64,000 nt of DNA from an uncultured delta proteobacterium (GCA_963765675.1 CAVXXK010000001.1:2336001-2400000); one strand, 5' to 3'. Shown: positions 33,731-43,474, counted from the stretch's first letter. Translations and numbers: made by a program. Notes: generated from the sequence alone by a model not told the origin.

Positions 33731-34204
33731 TTATTGCAGCGTTACGTCGAACGTCCCTTCAGCTTGGCAGTGAATCGAATGAATTATGGAATGGTAGGAG
33801 CCCTTATATTCGTCGAGCGCGAGCACCTCTCCGGTCAACTTAACTTTGCATGCGTGGCTCTGGTTGGTGGCGACCATCGTCAACGTGACCTTGTTCCCCG
33901 CCGCCTTGCCGTGAACCGAACCTGACGGGTTGTCCTGGTCGGACCAATTGGCGTCGAAGGTACCGCCGACAGTGTTCTTGGTTTGGGTCAGGTCCAGAGT
34001 CAGCGTTCCGGTCCCGTTCTTGACATCGATGATCGGTCCAGTCCAGGTTCCTTTCATCTGCGCTGGCGGCGTATTGGCGTCGGAGGAGGTGCCGCCACTA
34101 TCTTGCGCGAACACGCCGGTCGGCACGGAGAACACTAAAGCTGCTGCCAGAACGACTGAGACTACGCCTGACGCAAATAATCGCCAGATACGCTTCTTAT
34201 CCAT
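33731..34204 (-). CDS. Secreted hypothetical beta-rich protein
   Basis: Signal peptide ending VFA|Q, KGTWTG, alternating beta pattern, two Cys; GAGGGGG RBS. Confidence 0.6.
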   Translation of the reverse strand: MDKKRIWRLFASGVVSVVLAAALVFSVPTGVFAQDSGGTSSDANTPPAQMKGTWTGPIIDVKNGTGTLTLDLTQTKNTVGGTFDANWSDQDNPSGSVHGKAAGNKVTLTMVATNQSHACKVKLTGEVLALDEYKGSYHSIIHSIHCQAEGTFDVTLQ

Positions 34205-34644
34205 ATTTTGCCCCCTCAGGTGCTGAATAGTCTAATAAAGCTGGCTGAGCATATTGGGGCTCTTGAAACGTGTCAATTGCATCAACCACTGAGACTTGCG
34301 GACCCCCCGAGGTCACCCACTGCTATCCAAATGACTCAAGCGCGTCCCTGATCGATCTCGACCCGCAACAATCTCGAAGCCGGCGTTGATCGGGATTCGC
34401 GTTCGGCAGCGCCGATCTCAAATCGGGACACCGGACCGAAGGGACCGCATTGCGGAGGCCGATGCGCAGTGTCACAGTGTGGTGCTCTCTATCGCTGCCG
34501 GTGATATTGAGTCGCATCACCATCACCGCGAAATGTTATCTGGGGAACACTGGATCGTATCGCCAGTAGGGTCCATACTGAAGCGTCTGCAGCTTGCCCC
34601 TTAGGCAGAGTCCGTGGGCTCTCCGCGAGCAAAGAAGGTCCTTG

Positions 34645-35463
34645 ATGCCAATTTCCCGTACGATGCGCGAGAAGATGTATCGCACATATCTCGAGTTCTT
34701 CGAGTCAGCCGAACGCAAACGGCGATGGAGCCTGTTTGACGATATCCCGTGGGACAAGCTCGACGCGGCGCACAACAGCGAGCGCAGCGCCGAGTGTATC
34801 GAGACCTACTGCGCCGAGGAATTCTACCTGCCCGATTACAGTGCGCGCGGAATGGATCTGGTGCGCTCGATGTTCGGAGCGGCGTGGTTCTCGGCATGCT
34901 GGAGTTACGAGGAATCGAAACACGGAGTCGCCTTTCGCGAGTACCTGACGCGCTCGGGATTGCGCACCGAGGAGGAATTCGCGGATTTCGAGGATCGGAT
35001 TTTTGCGCGCGCGTGGAAACTGCCGTTCGCAACTCATCGCCAGATGGCCTGTTACGGGGCATTGCAGGAGGCCGCTACCTGTATCGCCTATCGCGCACAA
35101 CGCGAGGCCGCCAGCCGCGACCACAATCCCGTCCTCGAGGCGATCTTCTCCTTCATCAGCCGCGACGAGGCCGCGCACGCGCGGTTCTATCGCACGATGA
35201 TCGAGCTCGAGATGGAAGAAGATCGGGCCGGCACGCTCGCCGATTTCGCGTACGTCCTGGCGAACTTCAAGATGCCGGGCGACGGGCTTATCCCCAACTA
35301 TCAGGAACGGCTCAAGACCTCCGGTGCCGGTATCAGCCCACGCTCGTTTCTCGAAAACGGTGTGCTCCCGATGATCAAAGCGATCGGGACGACGCGCTCC
35401 GAACTCAAGCAGGCGCTGAGTCGCATGGCGCCGATCCTGGTCGCGGTTCCCGCGACCGCCTGA
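34645..35463 (+). CDS. Acyl-ACP desaturase-like / ferritin-like diiron protein
   Basis: Diiron ligand pattern AEEFYLPDY, WSYEESKHG, LQEAAT, RDEAAH; FKMPG. Confidence 0.78.
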   Translation: MPISRTMREKMYRTYLEFFESAERKRRWSLFDDIPWDKLDAAHNSERSAECIETYCAEEFYLPDYSARGMDLVRSMFGAAWFSACWSYEESKHGVAFREYLTRSGLRTEEEFADFEDRIFARAWKLPFATHRQMACYGALQEAATCIAYRAQREAASRDHNPVLEAIFSFISRDEAAHARFYRTMIELEMEEDRAGTLADFAYVLANFKMPGDGLIPNYQERLKTSGAGISPRSFLENGVLPMIKAIGTTRSELKQALSRMAPILVAVPATA

Positions 35464-35534
35464 GCGTCCACTTCTGTCGTCATCTGACCGCTTCCGATAG
35501 CTGCTCCGGCACGCGGCGCGCTACTCTCTTGCCG

Positions 35535-36644
35535 ATGCCGAAAAATAATCCGCGCAAGATGATCCGTCCGCGCGCTCGCGACCTCGGGATCCCGTTCCAG
35601 GGCACAGCCGGGCCGACCAACTCCATCACCGACGTCGCCGGAGTTGAGGTCGGCCACTCGACTATCATCCGCGGAAGCGGAAAGCTCGCCGTCGGACGCG
35701 GTCCGGTGCGCACCGGCGTCACCGCGATTCTGCCGCGCGGACGCCGCGGCGGCGCTCCGGTCTTTGCGGGATACTTTGCGCTCAACGGTAACGGCGAGAT
35801 GACCGGAACCGCGTGGATCGAGGAATCGGGATTCCTGTCGTCGCCGGTGATGATCACCAATACGCACAGCGTCGGCGTCGTCCGCGACGCGGTGATCGCG
35901 TGGCAGCTCCGCGCGGGACAGATGACGCAGCCGTGGTCGCTGCCTGTGGTTGCCGAGACCTGGGACGGCTACCTGAACGACATCAACGGCTTCCACGTGA
36001 AGCCCTCGCATGCGTTCGCGGCGCTCGAGAGCGCGCGGGCCGGGCGCGTCGCCGAAGGATGCGTGGGAGGAGGCACCGGGATGATTGGCTACGGCTGGAA
36101 GGGCGGAATCGGCACGGCGTCGCGCAGGCTCGCGCGCGCGGCGGGTGGCTACACGCTCGGCGTGCTGGTCCAGCTCAACTGCGGCCGGCGTGACGAGCTG
36201 ACGATCGCCGGCGTGCCGATCGCGCGGGCGCTCGCGCCGGCTCCGGCGGTTTCCGCACAGCGCGAGCTTGGATCGATCATCATAGTCGCCGCGACTGACG
36301 CTCCGCTCTTGCCGCATCAGCTAAAGCGAGTCGCGCGGCGACTCACGATGGGGCTGGCACGCACTGGCAGTGTCTCGGGCAACGGCTCGGGCGACCTGTT
36401 CCTTGCGTTCTCGACCGCGAGCCCGCCCGAGGTTCCGCGCGGCAAGGAGCGCGACGTGATCAAAGTTTCGATGCTGCGAAACTCGCGAATGGATCCGCTG
36501 TTCACCGCCGCGGTGCAGGCGTCGGAAGAGGCGATCGTCAATGCGATGGTCGCGGCCGATACTATGACCGGGATCGATGGGCGCGTTATCGCCGCGCTGC
36601 CGCACGACAAGCTGCGCGAGCTGTTCGCGAAGCGCGCGCGCTGA
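35535..36644 (+). CDS. dmpA: DmpA-like L-aminopeptidase/D-esterase (peptidase S58, P1 family)
   Basis: NSITDVAGVEVGH, RTGVTAILP, NGNGEMTG, TNTHSVG, EGCVGGGTGM, autoprocessing G|SII, GSGD. Confidence 0.9.
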   Translation: MPKNNPRKMIRPRARDLGIPFQGTAGPTNSITDVAGVEVGHSTIIRGSGKLAVGRGPVRTGVTAILPRGRRGGAPVFAGYFALNGNGEMTGTAWIEESGFLSSPVMITNTHSVGVVRDAVIAWQLRAGQMTQPWSLPVVAETWDGYLNDINGFHVKPSHAFAALESARAGRVAEGCVGGGTGMIGYGWKGGIGTASRRLARAAGGYTLGVLVQLNCGRRDELTIAGVPIARALAPAPAVSAQRELGSIIIVAATDAPLLPHQLKRVARRLTMGLARTGSVSGNGSGDLFLAFSTASPPEVPRGKERDVIKVSMLRNSRMDPLFTAAVQASEEAIVNAMVAADTMTGIDGRVIAALPHDKLRELFAKRAR

Positions 36645-37043
36645 TTAGTCCTGCACGCGGACCGTGATGCTCCAGGTCGCGGCCGGCGCGGTATTCTTTT
36701 CCCACGGACGAACGTAGGCCAGTTCGAGTTTCGCCGTGCCCGGCGCCTGCGCGTCGAAATGAAACACCTGCGTTCCCATCGCTCCCGGAGGCGCATTCTT
36801 CGGGATCTCGAAGTTGCCCAGCCCTCGAGGTTTGAGCACCGCAGGATCGCTCGCGGTGATCGTCCAGAGGTATCCGGTTCCCGAGGTCGCGTTCAGCGAG
36901 ACTTGCAGGTCGGCGCCCGGCGCGAGCGCGACGGTCTTGCCGTTATCGCTATTGGTAACGACGAGCGGATGCGACGACGGCGCTGGGACGAACATGGAGC
37001 ATCCCGCGGCGAGGACGCATAGCATCGCGGCGGCAGCGATCAT
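36645..37043 (-). CDS. Chagasin-family (I42) cysteine protease inhibitor lipoprotein
   Basis: Lipobox LAAGC; NATSGTGYLW, PGAMG, YVRPWE. Confidence 0.85.
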   Translation of the reverse strand: MIAAAAMLCVLAAGCSMFVPAPSSHPLVVTNSDNGKTVALAPGADLQVSLNATSGTGYLWTITASDPAVLKPRGLGNFEIPKNAPPGAMGTQVFHFDAQAPGTAKLELAYVRPWEKNTAPAATWSITVRVQD

Positions 37044-37078
37044 CGACGCGCGAATGCCGTCGCGGCGCGGGAGCGTCC

Positions 37079-37107
37079 AAAAAAAAGGCGGCCAGTCGGG
37101 GCCGCCT
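37079..37107 (-). terminator. Rho-independent terminator
   Basis: aggcggcc/ggccgcct stem with T8 on the minus strand, downstream of 37146-37328. Confidence 0.7.
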
Positions 37108-37145
37108 GAGAAATTCAGCGTTGATTTCGTGGCAGTGCGTTCCGT

Positions 37146-37328
37146 CTAGTGCTTGGTCTCGATGCGGCGGCCGTAGGTTACTTCGCCCTTGTCGACCCGC
37201 AAGCTGAAACCGCAATCCGGATTGGTGCAGACCCACGCCTTGAACATCACGGACGCGCCTTCCTGTCCATAATCCGACAGGGGGATCAGCGTTCCATCGT
37301 TACACTTCTGGCACTTCGGCCACTCCAT
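37146..37328 (-). CDS. Small zinc-ribbon protein (60 aa)
   Basis: CQKC...LIPLSDYG...KAWVCTNPDCGF; strong AGGAGGGT RBS and its own terminator. Confidence 0.75.
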   Translation of the reverse strand: MEWPKCQKCNDGTLIPLSDYGQEGASVMFKAWVCTNPDCGFSLRVDKGEVTYGRRIETKH

Positions 37329-37421
37329 CAGCCACCCTCCTAGGAGCCTACCCATACCCGCTACGTTCCGATTGCGAAGTTATCCGACCCCACATTCTAA
37401 AGCAACGTGGGTCTGATTCCT

Positions 37422-37466
37422 CTCTCCCCCCGGGAGAGGGTGCCGCGAAGCGGCGGGTGAGGGTGC
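37422..37466. repeat. 45-bp GGGAGAGGG/GGGTGAGGG palindromic repeat, identical to 38618-38662
   Basis: ctctccccccgggagagggtgccgcgaagcggcgggtgagggtgc. Confidence 0.85.
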
Positions 37467-37541
37467 AGCTCTGCTGCCTTTCATGCAGAGCGATCTGCGC
37501 GCGCGGGTGTCGAACCTTGGCGGCGATGTTAGACTTGGTTG

Positions 37542-38591
37542 ATGGCGTCCGCTTCGACCGCTGCTCCGGCTTTCCTCGTGCGCGAGGCTACCCGCCGGGA
37601 CCATCACCAACTCCTTGCGCTGGCGCGGCGGCTCGACTCGATCAACCTGCCGACCGAGTCCGCGGAGTTGCGCGACTTGCTCGACCGCTCGACGCGATCG
37701 TTTCGCGGCCAGATTCGCGATCGGTCGCGCGCGGTGTACGTGTTCTGCGCGCAGCGGATCGGATCGGGGAAAATCGCCGGCGCCTCGATGATTATCGCAA
37801 AGCACGGCACGCCGGAGTCGCCGCACTTCTACCTGGAAGTTGATCACGAGGAGCGCTATTCGAAGCGGCTGGGCCGGATGTTCCGGCATCAGTATTTGCG
37901 CCTGCGGCATTCGATGGACGGACCGACCGAGCTGGGCGGGCTGATCGTTGCGCCTGCGATGCGACGGAGTCCCGAGCGCGTCGGCCGCCAGCTTTCGTGG
38001 GTGCGGTTTCTCTACCTGGCGAAGCATCGAAGCAGGTTCCAGCGCCGCGTCGTGGCCGAGATGTTGCCGCCGCAGGCGCCGCGGCATCGCAACGCCTTCT
38101 GGGATCACTTCGGGCGGCCGCTGACGGGGCTTTCGTTTCGCGACGCCGACCGGCTTTCGATCCACGACAAGGAATTCATCCACGCGCTGTTTCCGGACTC
38201 TCCGCTTTATATTTTTCTGCTGCCCGAGGCCGTGCGCGCGGCGATCGGCACGGTGGGCGAGGACACGCGCGGCGCGGTCCGGCTGCTCGAGCAGGCGGGG
38301 ATGCGATTTCTCGAGCAGATCGATCCGTTCGACGCGGGACCGTACTACGGCGGCGAGCTCGCGGAGCTGGTGCCGGTCAGGCAATACCGGAGGGTGCGCG
38401 CGGCGGCGGGCGAGGTCGATCCGCTTGCGCATCCGCGATGGTTGCTGGCGCTCGAGGACGAGCGGCGCGGCTTTCGCGCAGTCGCGGCGCACGGAATCGA
38501 GCAGGGCAATCGAATCGTCGTCGCGCCCGGAGTGCTCTCCGCGCTCGGCGCGAAACCGGGCGAAAAACTCGACCTCGTGCCGATCAGCTGA
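37542..38591 (+). CDS. astA: Arginine N-succinyltransferase family protein
   Basis: INLP, YVF, KHGT.E.PHFY, DGPTELGGL, GRQLS..RFLY, AEM, FWD..GR, IDPFDAGP. Confidence 0.82.
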   Translation: MASASTAAPAFLVREATRRDHHQLLALARRLDSINLPTESAELRDLLDRSTRSFRGQIRDRSRAVYVFCAQRIGSGKIAGASMIIAKHGTPESPHFYLEVDHEERYSKRLGRMFRHQYLRLRHSMDGPTELGGLIVAPAMRRSPERVGRQLSWVRFLYLAKHRSRFQRRVVAEMLPPQAPRHRNAFWDHFGRPLTGLSFRDADRLSIHDKEFIHALFPDSPLYIFLLPEAVRAAIGTVGEDTRGAVRLLEQAGMRFLEQIDPFDAGPYYGGELAELVPVRQYRRVRAAAGEVDPLAHPRWLLALEDERRGFRAVAAHGIEQGNRIVVAPGVLSALGAKPGEKLDLVPIS

Positions 38592-38886
38592 GCGTCGCGC
38601 ATCGCGCTTCTTATTCCCTCTCCCCCCGGGAGAGGGTGCCGCGAAGCGGCGGGTGAGGGTGCTGCTCTGAGTTCTTCTACGCGAAGCGATCCATTGTGCA
38701 TGAGCAGGTAGCAGAGCAGCACCCTCACCCGCGCGTCACGATGCTTGCGAAAAAAGCGCAAGCCTCGCGCCGCGCCGCCCTCTCCCGGAGGGAGAGGGAA
38801 AAAAAGATAAGAAGCGACGCGCATCCCTACGCGCCGCCTGCCTCTTCAGGCGGAGAGGGTATAAGACCGGAGCGTCGCGCATCGCG
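38590..38886. repeat. REPIN-like inverted doublet flanked by 17-bp direct repeats
   Basis: gagcgtcgcgcatcgcg at 38590-38606 and 38870-38886 enclose gggtgagggtgctgctctg...cagagcagcaccctcaccc. Confidence 0.75.
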
Positions 38887-38911
38887 GCGCAGCAGCGTAG
38901 AGTAGAGGGCC

Positions 38912-39669
38912 ATGATCGAGCGCGACAGAAATCTTCCGCGGCTTGCGCGCTATACGCATGTGGCGCGATCGTCGCCGCGTTCGTCGTTGCGATTTGCGCG
39001 TCGATCGCGCATGCGCAGTCGAGCTCGGTTCCAGACATCCGCAGCCAGGGCGGCGGACAGACACTCGAGCTGCAGCCCTCGCAGCCGAGTCCGCAGAGCT
39101 CGATGCCGCAGCAGGGGAATGACGACAACACGCGGGTCATCCCGGTAATTCCGCCCAACGCGCAGGTGCTGACGCTGCCCGAGGCGAGCCTCGATTTTAT
39201 CGGCAACTGGGGCGGGCACCTGAGGCTCAAGCGCCACTACGGCCAAGGGCATCCGCCCGACCTGATGGGCACGAGCATGATCTTCGGCGAGCGCAACGGC
39301 GGCGTGGTTCTGGCGACGACGGTAATCGGAAGTCCGGATATGCAGGTGCTGAAGACCAAGGCGGAGACCGACGGTCCCAGAGCGGTGTCGCTCAAGGTCG
39401 AGGGGGTGGACATTTCGAGCCGGCCGCCGCTTCGAAACATCGGGAAGGTCTATCTCGAGCTGATCAGCAAGAACGAGGTCAAATGCACGCAGACTGAGGA
39501 TATCTACGTATCGGGATTTCCCGATCCAATTATGGAGACCGAATTCTCGGGCACGCTGCATCCGCTGACGCGCCGCGAGGAACGATTGCTCGGTGAAGAG
39601 GCCGCGCAGAGCGGAGTCCCGCGCGCACAAATCAGGGAAGGCAATCCTCCTCCGCAGCCGTCGGAGTAA
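38912..39669 (+). CDS. Secreted hypothetical protein, probable indel within the first ~50 nt
   Basis: The frame of ORF 39103-39669 is open upstream through a signal peptide (GAIVAAFVVAICASIAHA|Q) but lacks a start; ATG 38912 with AGAGGG RBS is in another frame. Confidence 0.55.
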
Positions 39670-39725
39670 GGCGCGGTACGCGAGAACAGATTTAGATTGC
39701 CGTCGATAACGCCGAGATCCTGCCT

Positions 39726-39963
39726 GTCATCGTGCCATGAAAGTCAAGGCGTCATGAGTATTGCGTTCAAAGAGCAAAGCCACAGTGGCGCGGGCGTCTC
39801 GCCCGTGGACGACGGCGGGCAAACGGCCCGCCCTCCAATGAATGCGCCGCAGGCGCGCAGGTGGGAAACCATTGAGCTTCACCCCGGTGCCGATAGGCGC
39901 AATTCATTGGTGGGGTGCGCCTGCGGCGCGCCCGTCTCCCACGGGCGAGACGCCCGCGCCACT
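39726..39963. repeat. Left arm of a GTCATC hairpin element joined to a 180-bp element with perfect 25-bp terminal inverted repeats
   Basis: 39726-39783 resembles 47056-47113; agtggcgcgggcgtctcgcccgtgg (39784-39808) / ccacgggcgagacgcccgcgccact (39939-39963). Confidence 0.8.
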
Positions 39964-40086
39964 ATCTCCTGCGCCATGACCTGATAATTCATTGCCATCA
40001 AGTCGATAGGAAGCGGAAAACCCCGCGCTTAACTTTCGTCCCGCGTGGCGGGTCTTTCGGACCCGTGTAGGTCTGAACGGAGGCTG

Positions 40087-40112
40087 CTCCTTCGCCTACG
40101 GCTCAGGATGAC
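40087..40112 (-). repeat. GTCATCCTGAG palindromic repeat (single arm)
   Basis: Reverse complement gtcatcctgagccgtaggcgaaggag matches 43736-43761. Confidence 0.7.
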
Positions 40113-40170
40113 TCCATCGACGCGTTCAAGGGAAAATCGACAGTTTCTCATAGATCCCGGGGCGCGCCGA

Positions 40171-41635
40171 TTACTTCATGGCGCGGGCGGAGAAGCCGCG
40201 CTCGTTGAAGCATAGGAGCGAGCGCTTGGAGTCGAGCGTGGTTTCCATCACGACTTCGCGGCCCCATAGGCGATGCAGATACGCCATGGTTTTTTCGGCG
40301 TATTCGAGGTGCAGGTCGCGGCCGTCGTGGTAGTGCTTCAAATACAGAGTGCGGGTCTGGCCGAAGTCCGCGTCTTCCACCTTGATCACCGGAATCGAGC
40401 TGGTGCCGACGTTCTTGATCAGCGTCTCCTTGACCTCGCGCCAGCCCTCGTCGTCGGCGACTTTGCCGACCACCAGGTCTTCGCCGCGCGCTTCGTACTG
40501 GAAGATGTCCATCTCGCGCATCAGCTCTTCGGTCAGGTAGCGGCGCAGAAACGAGGTGTCGCGTTCGACCTCGCGGACCTCGAACAGCTTGTCGCGCGCG
40601 GACTTGGTGGGCGCGCCGTCGCGCTTGATCTCCTCGGCGGTCGGGATTGGTCCATCGCCGCTCGATGTCTTCCCAGATTTTGTAGCCGAGATGATACGGG
40701 TTTAGCTGGCCGGGGATCGGGCGCACGACCTGGTTGTGGCGCACGATAAATTCGAGATGCAGTCCATGCTCGAGACGCAGCGACTCGACGATCTTGTGAT
40801 GCCAGAAGCTGGCCCATCCCTCGTTCATGATCTTGGTTTCCATCATCGGGATGAAATACTTGGCTTCTTCATCGACGATCGTGAGCAGATCTTTCTCCCA
40901 TTCGGCGAGATAAGGATTGTGGTCGCGGATAAAGATCAGCAGGTCTTCGTCGGGCTCGAGCGGAACCTTGTGCAGATCGGGCTCGGTGAATTCCTGGCGC
41001 GCGTGGATTTTCGCGAATGGATCGGGCTGCGGATGCGCCGCTTCGAGCGCGAGCTCGACCTGCTCGTTGTGCGTGCGTTTGCGAATCGCCAGGTTGCGGC
41101 GGCAATTCCACGACAGTGCGTGCGCGGCATCGAGGATACGCTCGATCTTCTCGATTCCGATCGAGGGATCCTCCGCGTAGCGCCGCACGCGCATCGCATG
41201 CGCCTTGAAAATCTCGATCGTGAGCTCGGCGCGGGTCGAGCGATAGGTGAAGTTATTTTTGAAAAAATCGTTGTGCCCATAGACGTGCGCGATGGTCAGA
41301 ATCTGCAGCAGCAGCGTGTTGTCGCGCATCAGGTAGGCGATCGCGGGATCGGAATTGATCACCATCTCGTACGGCAATCCGGAGACGCCGTGATCGTAAA
41401 GCGTCTTCAGCTTCTCGTAGGATTTGCCGTACGACCAGTGCGGGTAGTGCGAGGGCATCCCGGAGTAAGCCATGTACCCGAGCATCCCGGTGTGGTCGCA
41501 AATCTCGAATTCCTGCGCGTAGCAATCGAGGCCGAACTCATCGACCTTCTCGCGAATCTTCGCGTCCCATTCGGCCAGATCGGCGAGTGTGTAGTTCGAG
41601 TGCGAAGCTTGTTCATGCGCCGCGTGACTGCTCAT
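40171..41635 (-). CDS. spoVR: SpoVR/YcgB family protein, frameshift near 40642
   Basis: GMPSHYPHWSYGK, YEMVINSDP, AHVYGHNDFFKNN, TKIMNEGWASFWH, NPYHLG; shifted frame continues DTSFLRRYLT...HLEYAEKT..YLHRLWG; ATGA overlap with yeaH. Confidence 0.9.
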
Positions 41636-43014
41636 TCCTTCACCCTGTCTTTGGCCAGGAACGCCTTGAACGACGGCCAGATGTCTTCCTTGCGCTCGAT
41701 CAGCACGGTGTGAAAATTCGGCGCCTGGATTTTCCGGAATACGTTCAGCATCGAGGATTCGTAGTAGCGCGACCCGAGCGGCTTGATCTCGCCGTATCCG
41801 AACAGGTTGCAGATCGATGCGAGCTCTTCGCCGGCTTTCAGCGCGGCGGGATTGTCGGAGTCGAAGTTGTCGCCGTCGGAGCAGTGAAACGCGTACACGT
41901 TCCAGAGAGAAGGATGGTACCGCGCGGCGATTATTTCGAGCGCCTTCTGGTAGCCCGACGAAATGAAAGTGCCGCCCGACTCGCCCTTGTGAAAAAATTC
42001 TTCCTCGGTGACTTCGTAGGCTTCGGTGTGATGCGCGATGAAAATAATTTCGACGTTGCGGTAGCGAGTCGAGATGAACTGGTAGAGCAGAAAGAAGAAG
42101 CTGCGCGCCAGGTATTTCTTCATCGTGTCCATCGAGCCGGAGGTGTCCATGATGCAAATCACGGCGGCGTTGGACTCCTCGCGCGTGTCAACCTCGACGT
42201 GCTTGTAGCGCAGGTCGTCCTGATGAAACGGAAAGCGGCGCTTCTTCACCGCGACGCGCGTGCCGCCGCCCGGCGTCGCGTCGTCGGTCTCCTCGAGATC
42301 GCGCGCTTCGGAATCGAGCGAGTCTTCCGCGTCGTTCAGCTCGCCCAGATCGAGATTCTCAGCGTCGAGAATAGCGTCGTCCGACTCGGCGGATTCAGGC
42401 GCTCCCGGCGCGAGGCCGCGGGTCGCGTCGGCGGAGTGCGCCGCGTTGCCGCCGCGGCGGCGCTCGGAGGCAAGTATCCTCATCACGCGCTGCTTGGCGG
42501 TGCGGCGCTTGTCGAGCCGCACGCGGATTCCGACGTGGCGATAGCCTTTGCGGCGCGACGAGTAGTCGGCGATTATTTCGCGCAGCGCACGGCGCTCGAG
42601 ATTCGGGAGCTCGAGGTCCTCGAACATGATCTCGATCAGCTCTTCGAGCGTGACGTCGGTCTCGTAGTAATCGACGCCGGGGCGATCGCCGGCCATGTCG
42701 TCGCCCTGGCCCTGGCCTTCCTTGCCGGTCTTGCCGACCACGTCGCCGGGCTTGGAATCGCCGTTGCCCTGCGACGCGCCGGGAGTATTTTCGCCAAAGA
42801 TGAAGCGGTACTCCTTGATGCCGCGCAAGGGGACCTTGATGACGCGGTCCTTGTCTTTGCCGATGATCGATTCCTCGGCGATGATGTCGGCGATATTTTC
42901 GCGGATCGATTCGCGGACTTTCTGCCGATGCCGCTGGCGGTCGCCGGCGGAGCGGTCGGAGCGTTCGGCGTCAGAGGGCCGGTATTCGCGGAAGATAGTG
43001 TCGCCAGTAGCCAT
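41632..43014 (-). CDS. yeaH: YeaH/YhbH (DUF444) family protein
   Basis: DRQRHRQKV, FEDLELPNL, DDLRY, MDTSGSM, ESGGTFISS, HCSDGDN. Confidence 0.9.
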   Translation of the reverse strand: MATGDTIFREYRPSDAERSDRSAGDRQRHRQKVRESIRENIADIIAEESIIGKDKDRVIKVPLRGIKEYRFIFGENTPGASQGNGDSKPGDVVGKTGKEGQGQGDDMAGDRPGVDYYETDVTLEELIEIMFEDLELPNLERRALREIIADYSSRRKGYRHVGIRVRLDKRRTAKQRVMRILASERRRGGNAAHSADATRGLAPGAPESAESDDAILDAENLDLGELNDAEDSLDSEARDLEETDDATPGGGTRVAVKKRRFPFHQDDLRYKHVEVDTREESNAAVICIMDTSGSMDTMKKYLARSFFFLLYQFISTRYRNVEIIFIAHHTEAYEVTEEEFFHKGESGGTFISSGYQKALEIIAARYHPSLWNVYAFHCSDGDNFDSDNPAALKAGEELASICNLFGYGEIKPLGSRYYESSMLNVFRKIQAPNFHTVLIERKEDIWPSFKAFLAKDRVKE

Positions 43015-43105
43015 GCGGGACTCCTCTTCGCGGTCGATTCAAGTATAGCGTGTCCGCGCGCCCGGGGCATCGGGGGGTAGCGCGCGGATGGGCGATCATG
43101 AGAAT

Positions 43106-43474
43106 TCATTTCACGGTTTCACTTGCGCGGGAAGCCGCATAGAGGAGCTTGCCCTCGCGGATTACCGTCGCGGGGAGCGATGTTCTGACCCGCGCGCGAA
43201 AATGGAACCATTCATCGGTACAGATCAGAACATCTTTCGGCTTCCCGATTCCCCAGAGAATCTCGTACGCGAGCTTGCTTCCTTTCAACTCGCGCGGGGC
43301 GTCGTCGGGCACGACGACCAGAAGATCATAGTCGCTGTCGGGGCCGGCAGTGCCGCGTGCTTTTGAGCCGAACAAAAAGATTCGCAGCGGATGATAAGCG
43401 TCTGCGATCCGCCGGACGATTTCCCGCAGCGCCGGATCGTCGTGCAGCATCTGTTGCTCAATCTCGGCAGCCAT
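43106..43474 (-). CDS. Minimal nucleotidyltransferase (MNT antitoxin-like), no HEPN partner
   Basis: IFLFGSKARG...DSDYDLLVV...D...REGKLLY. Confidence 0.85.
   Translation of the reverse strand: MAAEIEQQMLHDDPALREIVRRIADAYHPLRIFLFGSKARGTAGPDSDYDLLVVVPDDAPRELKGSKLAYEILWGIGKPKDVLICTDEWFHFRARVRTSLPATVIREGKLLYAASRASETVK

Noticed and set aside
27750-34600. Genomic island or prophage downstream of the rRNA operon
   Set aside because: Miscellaneous small genes, but no integrase, att duplication or phage genes seen
34205-34644. Long spacer with catcaccatcac (His-run ORF) as a leader peptide or riboswitch
   Set aside because: No RBS, attenuator hairpin or recognisable riboswitch consensus visible
34749-35534. 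631-aa ORF suggesting an N-terminally extended DmpA
   Set aside because: The first ~260 aa are an off-frame overlap of the desaturase gene; DmpA similarity starts near 35535
41636-42157. N-terminal extension of SpoVR in the 669-aa ORF
   Set aside because: Off-frame overlap with yeaH; the real start is ATG 41635 coupled to the yeaH stop
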